Shown: piece by piece, positions 7,797 to 12,729 of the stretch | How the letters are laid out: each line of letters starts with the position of its first letter | How positions within the stretch are numbered: position 1 is the first letter of the stretch | Source of the DNA: Candidatus Hydrogenedentota bacterium | GTDB lineage: Bacteria; Hydrogenedentota; Hydrogenedentia; Hydrogenedentales; SLHB01 | Direction: 5' to 3' | NCBI GenBank assembly: GCA_034408725.1 | Contig: JAWXCN010000233.1 | Span: forward strand, 1-12,729 | Length of the DNA stretch: 12,729 bases | Program-made: the position numbers and the translations under genes | Notes under the pieces: generated by a model | Database searches by the model: none | What the model was told of the DNA's origin: nothing | Seen by the model: the letters and a program-made list of their open reading frames with translations, nothing else

Positions 7797-8660
7797 CTAC
7801 TTTATTTGATCGAGCACATTGGTTTTATAGCGATCAAAATGGTTCTGGTTCTGGTTGCGCAATTCGATTGGATACTTCGCAAGCAGCGCTTCGAGATGCG
7901 CTATCCGCTCCGTGGTGGCGGGGTGCGAAGCAAACAGTTTTAGCACCCGGGGTTGAGGACCGCCTCCCCCTTTCTCCTGTTCGTATTTCGCAAGCTTATT
8001 CATGAAATCAACCATTGCTTCCGGTTTGTACCCCGCACGGAACAGGTACTCCATGCCAAGCGTGTCGCTTTCGTTCTCTTGCCCCCGGCTAAACCACATT
8101 GCGACCCCGGCACCCATGAGTTGCCCGGTAATTTTGCCCAGTTCGGATTTGCTCCGGCCCACGAGAATGCTCTGGACGAGTTCGGCATTCATCTGGCGGG
8201 TGATCATCTCGCCGTGGTGATAGGCGGCAACATGACCGATTTCATGCGCCATGACTGACGCAAGTTGCGCTTCATTTTCACACATTTTCATGAGGCCCGT
8301 ATATATGTACATTTGACCGCCCGGCAACGCGAACGCGTTGATGGTTTCCGGATTGTCGATTACCGTGAACGCATAGGGTACGTCTTGCCGGTCCGCTTGT
8401 TTTGCGATGCGTTGCCCGATTTCACTTACGTATTTCTGAATCGCGGGATTGTTCAGGCGCTTTTCCTCTTTCTCCACTTCCGCGGCCATCTGTTGGCCAA
8501 GCTCTATTTCCTGTCCGGTGCTCACGCGGTTTGGTTGGGGGCCATCGCCGGGCGTTACGCAACCCTGCAAAGCCAGCGATGCGAAGCAAAGAAATAGCGG
8601 GATCAAATGAGAATTCTGGATTTTATATTCTGGATTCTGGATTGAAATTGGACTTTGCAT
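7797..8660 (-). CDS. Peptidase M48 family zinc metalloprotease, probable lipoprotein (BepA/LoiP-like protease domain, no TPR), 287 aa
   Basis: Motifs are INAFALPGG, the zinc motif HEIGH, the downstream Glu in FSRGQENESD, AGYKP and FASHP. The lipobox LALQG-C (Cys34) follows a hydrophobic stretch. An SD (GGAG) lies 9 nt upstream of the ATG at 8660. Confidence 0.92.
   Translation of the reverse strand: MQSPISIQNPEYKIQNSHLIPLFLCFASLALQGCVTPGDGPQPNRVSTGQEIELGQQMAAEVEKEEKRLNNPAIQKYVSEIGQRIAKQADRQDVPYAFTVIDNPETINAFALPGGQMYIYTGLMKMCENEAQLASVMAHEIGHVAAYHHGEMITRQMNAELVQSILVGRSKSELGKITGQLMGAGVAMWFSRGQENESDTLGMEYLFRAGYKPEAMVDFMNKLAKYEQEKGGGGPQPRVLKLFASHPATTERIAHLEALLAKYPIELRNQNQNHFDRYKTNVLDQIK
8614..8641. 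repeat. Degenerate 7-bp tandem repeat (TTCTGGA x3 with one variant unit)
   Basis: The + strand reads TTCTGGA TTTTATA TTCTGGA TTCTGGA, followed by degenerate TTGAAA TTGGA. It lies in the first 16 codons of the M48 gene. Confidence 0.8.
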
Positions 8661-8711
8661 ACTCTTTAACTCCGGTCAGGTTTGGAGCGATTGCGCACTT
8701 TGTCGTCTGAA

Positions 8712-9791
8712 TTAGTCTAACACAGAAAACGATGTCGAAGGAGCAGGCAGAATCTCCCGGAGCGCGTCAATAAGCTTCTCGATTTCCGCTTCGCTCCCAA
8801 CCGTAATACGAAGGGAATCCTGTAACCGTGGCGCGTCAAAATAACGCACGATTATGGCTCGCTCACGCAACGCCGCGAATATCTCGCGCGCCGGAGGCGT
8901 TCCCTTCCACTGCGCCAACAGAAAGTTCGCTTGCGAAGGAGGAACGCGGAAACCGGCGTCTTGAAGGGCGCTGGTCAACCAGTCACGGTTTTTCCTGATG
9001 CGCGCGACGGAAGATTGAAAGTAATCGGTGTCTTCAAATGCGGCGAGGCCACCCAATTGCGCAACGGCGTTCACATTGTATGAGTCGCGGACTTTCATGA
9101 ACTCGGCGATAACTTCGGGCCGGGCAATAGCGTATCCGAGCCGCAGTCCGCAAAGACTGTAAGACTTGGAGAAGGTACGACCAATGATTGCATTTTCAAA
9201 CCGCTTCGGAAAGTCGATGCAGGTATCGCCGCAAAAATCCGCGTACGCTTCGTCAATGAAGACCAGACCCGCGAATTCGCGGCAGAGCCGTTCCATCGCG
9301 CGGATCGGCGACGCGACACCGGTTGGCGCGTTGGGCCGCGGGATAAAGATCATGCGCGCCTTTACACCATGGATTTCCTCCGGAAGTTCAAATTCCCCAT
9401 CAAGCTGCACGGCCTGAAACGTTGCCCCGTGCAGCGCGCTTAACGTTTCGTACAACGTATAGGTGGGATATGGCGACACGATCGTATCACCGGGATCAAC
9501 AAATGCGCGAATAGCCATCGCCAGCACATCGTCCATCCCATTGCCCGCGACAACCCAGTCGGGCCCGCCGTATCCAAACCGTGACGCGATTGCCTCGCGC
9601 AGCCGGACGGAACCGGGATCAGGATATTTGCGAATCAGTTCCGTCGAGATTTCCCGGACCGCCTGCAGGACGCGCGGCGATGGCGGGTAAGGATTCTCAT
9701 TCGTGTTAAGTTTTACAATGCCCGCCATCTTGGGTTGTTCGCCGGGCACGTACCCCTCGACTTCTCGTAGCATTTCCCGCGCGTATTTCAT
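8712..9791 (-). CDS. hisC: Histidinol-phosphate aminotransferase
   Basis: Motifs are YVPGEQP, KLNTNENPYPPS, KYPDP, GNGMDD, PNAPTG, IDEAYADF, the PLP-lysine motif RTFSKSYSLCGLRLGY, SQANF and LRITVG. It overlaps the hisD stop by 4 bp (ATGA). Confidence 0.96.
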   Translation of the reverse strand: MKYAREMLREVEGYVPGEQPKMAGIVKLNTNENPYPPSPRVLQAVREISTELIRKYPDPGSVRLREAIASRFGYGGPDWVVAGNGMDDVLAMAIRAFVDPGDTIVSPYPTYTLYETLSALHGATFQAVQLDGEFELPEEIHGVKARMIFIPRPNAPTGVASPIRAMERLCREFAGLVFIDEAYADFCGDTCIDFPKRFENAIIGRTFSKSYSLCGLRLGYAIARPEVIAEFMKVRDSYNVNAVAQLGGLAAFEDTDYFQSSVARIRKNRDWLTSALQDAGFRVPPSQANFLLAQWKGTPPAREIFAALRERAIIVRYFDAPRLQDSLRITVGSEAEIEKLIDALREILPAPSTSFSVLD

Positions 9792-11095
9792 TTGCGAATC
9801 TCCACTGCACGCGCATGGGCCTGCAACTGCTCGGCGTTGGCGAGCGCGATAATGTCATCGGCCACGACGCCCATGCGTTCGTGGGAAAACGAAATGATAC
9901 TGGTCACCTTCCGAAAGTCTTCCGCCGTCAACGGTGAAGAAAACCGCGCGCGACGGCCAGTCGGCAGGATATGATTCGGCCCCGCGTAATAATCACCCAC
10001 CGCGACCGATGTGTCACCCCCTAGAACAGCGCAACCAACGTCTGGTATCCGATCCAGGATCGCGCGCGGATTCTCAGTTTGAACACTGAGGTGTTCTGGT
10101 GCGATGAGATTGGTGATCCGGCAGGCTTCATCAATATCGCGTACGATGTACGCCGTGCCTTGTTTCGCAAGCGCGCTTCGAATAATTTTCGCGCGCGGAA
10201 GGGTTTTTAATTCGGTTTCCATTACAGCGGTCACGGCGTCGGCCATGCCATTGGACAACGCGACCAGTATCGCACGCGCGTCCTCGTCGTGTTCCGCCTG
10301 CGCCAACAATTCCAGGGCAACTTGGCGTGGATTCGCGCGGTCATCGGCCAACACGACGACTTCCGATGGTCCTGCTTCCTTGTCGATATCGCAAACGATC
10401 GAGACGATCCGTTTCGCTAACGTTACGTAAGCGTTGCCGGGCCCCGCGATTTTCAGCACAGCGGGAACCGTCTTCGTCCCGTACGCGAGTGCGGCAATTG
10501 CTTGCGCGCCCCCGATGCGAAATACGCGGGAAGCGCCGGCAATCTTCGCGGCGGTCAACACCAACGGATGTATCCCGCCCTGATACGACGGCGGCGACAC
10601 CATAATAATTTCGCGGACACCCGCGACCCGTGCGGGCACAATATTCATTAGTACGGACGACGGATAAAACGCTGTGCCGCCCGGCACGTAGAGGCCAACG
10701 CTTTCTATTGGTGTGAGCCGTTGTCCGAGTATGGAGCCGTCTGGCGAAATTTCTTCCCATGATTGCCGGAGGTTTTTCTGATGAAATGCGGTGATGTTTT
10801 CATGGGCGCGCCCGAGAGCTGAACGCACGGCCGGCGAAACCTGGTTAGCTGCTGCATCAATCTCGGATGCGCCGACTTCAAACTGCGAAGGGTCCAGCGA
10901 AACCTTGTCGAAGCGTTCTGTAAATTCTGCAACGGCCTCATCGCCGCGATCTCGCACGGCGGCAACTATACTGGCTGTTGCCGAGAACCGTTCCGCCTGA
11001 GAGGAATCCGCCGGGTCCGCGTCGGCGCCTCGCTCGATCTCGCGGGTGATTGCCGCATAGTCCGCGTCAGATGATATTGAATAGCGCTTCATCAT
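9788..11095 (-). CDS. hisD: Histidinol dehydrogenase
   Basis: Motifs are VGLYVPGGTAFYPSSVLM, GGAQAIAALAYGT, GPGNAYV, AGPSE, AQAEHD, APEHL, GDYYAGPNHILPT and EQLQAHA; the Zn and catalytic residues appear intact. The start is ambiguous: GTG 11122 (track), ATG 11095 or ATG 11092. Confidence 0.96.
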   Translation of the reverse strand: MMKRYSISSDADYAAITREIERGADADPADSSQAERFSATASIVAAVRDRGDEAVAEFTERFDKVSLDPSQFEVGASEIDAAANQVSPAVRSALGRAHENITAFHQKNLRQSWEEISPDGSILGQRLTPIESVGLYVPGGTAFYPSSVLMNIVPARVAGVREIIMVSPPSYQGGIHPLVLTAAKIAGASRVFRIGGAQAIAALAYGTKTVPAVLKIAGPGNAYVTLAKRIVSIVCDIDKEAGPSEVVVLADDRANPRQVALELLAQAEHDEDARAILVALSNGMADAVTAVMETELKTLPRAKIIRSALAKQGTAYIVRDIDEACRITNLIAPEHLSVQTENPRAILDRIPDVGCAVLGGDTSVAVGDYYAGPNHILPTGRRARFSSPLTAEDFRKVTSIISFSHERMGVVADDIIALANAEQLQAHARAVEIRK

Positions 11096-11142
11096 TCCTG
11101 CCCGGTGAGTGTCCCGTACCACTTAGTGGGTGGTCATGCGCA

Positions 11143-12396
11143 CTATTCCTGGACGCGCTCGATATCCGCGCCCAGGCTCGCGAGGCGTTCCTCGATTCGT
11201 TCATAACCGCGATCGATATGGTAGACGCGGGCAATGGAAGTTTCTCCTTTCGACGCGGCAAGGCCCGCTATCACCAACGCGGCGCTGGCGCGCAGATCAG
11301 ACGCCATGACCGGCGCGCCCGACATCGCCGGCACCCCCTTTACAGTCGCGGAATTCCCTTCAATCCCGATTGTCGCGCCCATGCGCACGAGTTCGGCAAC
11401 CTGCATGAACCGGTTCTCAAACACCGATTCGCGGATCACGCTGGTCCCTTCCGCTACGCAGAGCATCGCCATCATCTGCGCCTGCAAATCCGTCGGAAAA
11501 CCGGGGAATGGCTGCGTCGTGAAATCTACTGCTTTGACACCATTTTTTGCGGACAGGCGAATGCGCGTGCCGGCGACGTCCAGTTCGGCCCCAGCGTCAC
11601 GCAGTTTGCTGATGAAGTTTGGCAAATGATCGGGATTTGCGTTTAAAACTGTGATCTCGCCGCGGGTGGCAAGCGCCGCAATAAGAAACGTCCCTGCCTC
11701 GATGCGGTCTGATACAACGGTATGTTCCGTGCCGGCCAGTGATTCGACGCCGACGACCGTGATCATATCCGTGCCCGCACCGGAAATCTGCGCTCCCATT
11801 GCGTTGAGATAATGCGCCAGATCAACGATTTCAGGTTCGCGCGCGGCATTGCTGATCCGTGAAACGCCTTTTGCGCGGGTCGCGGCCATCATAATGTTTT
11901 CCGTGGCGCCCACGCTTGGAAAATCCAGCGTAAAATTCGCGCCCTTCAGTTCGCCCTTCGCGATGACATAACCGTCCTCGATGGCTATTTGCGCACCCAG
12001 CGCTTCCAACCCCTTGAGATGAATATCGACCGGACGTGTGCCAATCGCGCAACCACCAGGCAACGAGACCTTGGCATATCCGTATCGGGCGATGAGGGGA
12101 CCAAGTACAAAGAAGGATGCGCGCATTTTGCGCACCAGATCATAGCTCGCCACCTGATTGTCCACAGACGAAGCGTCAATGGTCATGTAACGGCCCGTGA
12201 ACTCGACGCGCGCGCCAAGCGACGTCAGAAGTTTGTCCATCGTGAATACATCGTGCAGACAAGGGATGTTGTGCAATGTACACGCCTGCTCGGCGAGCAG
12301 GGACGCCGCCATCAGCGGTAACGCCGCGTTCTTCGCGCCTCGCACGTGTACGGCCCCCTCCAACGGCTTGCCGCCTCGAATGAGAATCTTGTCCAC
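11143..12396 (-). CDS. murA: UDP-N-acetylglucosamine 1-carboxyvinyltransferase
   Basis: Motifs are GAKNAALP, KMRAS, LPGGCAIGTRPVDIH (active-site Cys116), SVGATEN, NAAREPE, DRIEAGT, PGFPTDLQAQ, FENRF, DLRASAAL and HIDRGYE. The GTG start has AAGGGG upstream. Confidence 0.98.
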   Translation of the reverse strand: MDKILIRGGKPLEGAVHVRGAKNAALPLMAASLLAEQACTLHNIPCLHDVFTMDKLLTSLGARVEFTGRYMTIDASSVDNQVASYDLVRKMRASFFVLGPLIARYGYAKVSLPGGCAIGTRPVDIHLKGLEALGAQIAIEDGYVIAKGELKGANFTLDFPSVGATENIMMAATRAKGVSRISNAAREPEIVDLAHYLNAMGAQISGAGTDMITVVGVESLAGTEHTVVSDRIEAGTFLIAALATRGEITVLNANPDHLPNFISKLRDAGAELDVAGTRIRLSAKNGVKAVDFTTQPFPGFPTDLQAQMMAMLCVAEGTSVIRESVFENRFMQVAELVRMGATIGIEGNSATVKGVPAMSGAPVMASDLRASAALVIAGLAASKGETSIARVYHIDRGYERIEERLASLGADIERVQE

Positions 12397-12425
12397 GCGC
12401 AGGCCCCTTACCCGTTAATGAGAAC

Positions 12426-12452
12426 GGCCCAAAGCCGGGACAGCTTTGGGCC
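12426..12452. other. Perfect 10-bp stem-loop upstream of murA (possible terminator, processing or regulatory hairpin)
   Basis: GGCCCAAAGC (12426-12435), a 7-nt loop CGGGACA, then GCTTTGGGCC (12443-12452). On the minus strand it is followed by GTTCTCATT, which is only weakly U-rich. Confidence 0.55.
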
Positions 12453-12496
12453 AATGAACTCGTGATCGATCAAATTTCACAACGCCCAGCGACGCA

Positions 12497-12729
12497 TCAC
12501 TGCCCCGATGGCGCGGGTGCAGACGACACGGACGGTTCTTCAGGCGCTGCATCCAAAGGCGCGGCGCCAGTGGCTTCAGGTTCAGGAGACGCCACAGAGG
12601 CCGCGGGAGCTTCTGTCACCGGCGCCGTCATCGTGCCTGTCGGCCCTTGTTTTCCAAACAATTCATCGAGTGCGTCATCCTGCACTGCCGCTGCCGCACT
12701 TTCTTCCGCAACGGTTTCAGGCGCTACAC
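12497..12729 (-). CDS. 3' end of a gene truncated by the window edge; Ala/Pro/Glu/Ser/Thr-rich low-complexity C-terminal tail
   Basis: The track ORF 12497..12685 stays open to the edge: VAPETVAEESAAAAVQDDALDELFGKQGPTGTMTAPVTEAPAASVASPEPEATGAAPLDAAPEEPSVSSAPAPSGQ*. No domain is recognisable. Confidence 0.7.
   Translation of the reverse strand, partial: VAPETVAEESAAAAVQDDALDELFGKQGPTGTMTAPVTEAPAASVASPEPEATGAAPLDAAPEEPSVSSAPAPSGQ

Noticed and set aside
8614..8641. Repeat considered as a CRISPR remnant
   Set aside because: These are 7-bp tandem units without spacers, and there are no cas genes in the window.
8668..8688. GCTCC...GGAGT pairing that could occlude the M48 SD
   Set aside because: The stem is only 4-5 bp with a 10-nt loop, too weak to distinguish from chance.
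11050..11646. 198-aa + strand ORF antisense to murA/hisD
   Set aside because: It is a shadow frame of conserved housekeeping genes with no independent coding signal.
12049..12051. Possible intrinsic fosfomycin-resistant MurA variant
   Set aside because: The active-site residue is Cys (PGGCAIG), not Asp, so this is the ordinary type.
1..12729. Defence system, mobile element or biosynthetic gene cluster
   Set aside because: I recognised no nuclease, NTPase, reverse transcriptase, recombinase, transposase, toxin-antitoxin or NRPS/PKS/RiPP motifs. The genes belong to known, functionally unrelated families, and adjacency alone does not support a system.

Overview
Bacterial chromosomal window (GC-rich by eye, roughly mid-50s %), densely coding, with no rRNA, canonical tRNA, CRISPR array, transposase or integrase that I can support. 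The right half is a minus-strand run: the tail of an Ala/Pro/Glu-rich protein cut by the window edge, then murA, hisD, hisC, an M48 lipoprotein peptidase and a WS/DGAT acyltransferase. There is no hisG between murA and hisD. The left half has a secreted alpha-galactosidase-like glycoside hydrolase on the + strand, split by a single frameshift near 5606-5622. It diverges from a minus-strand run: DUF1254/DUF1214 exported protein, TMTC-like membrane glycosyltransferase with 4 TPRs, RimJ/RimL GNAT, and the first 10 codons of a further gene. I do not see convincing evidence of a new multi-gene system. The best leads are: (i) the repairable 2-nt frameshift in the hydrolase; (ii) an SD-led mini-ORF M-T-T-H-stop, in frame with hisD and immediately upstream of it; (iii) a tRNA-like cloverleaf in the 2435-2556 intergenic region; (iv) a 7-bp tandem repeat inside the signal-peptide region of the M48 gene; (v) a bacterial TMTC-like glycosyltransferase with an unknown target. 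All family calls come from motif recognition, not database searches.
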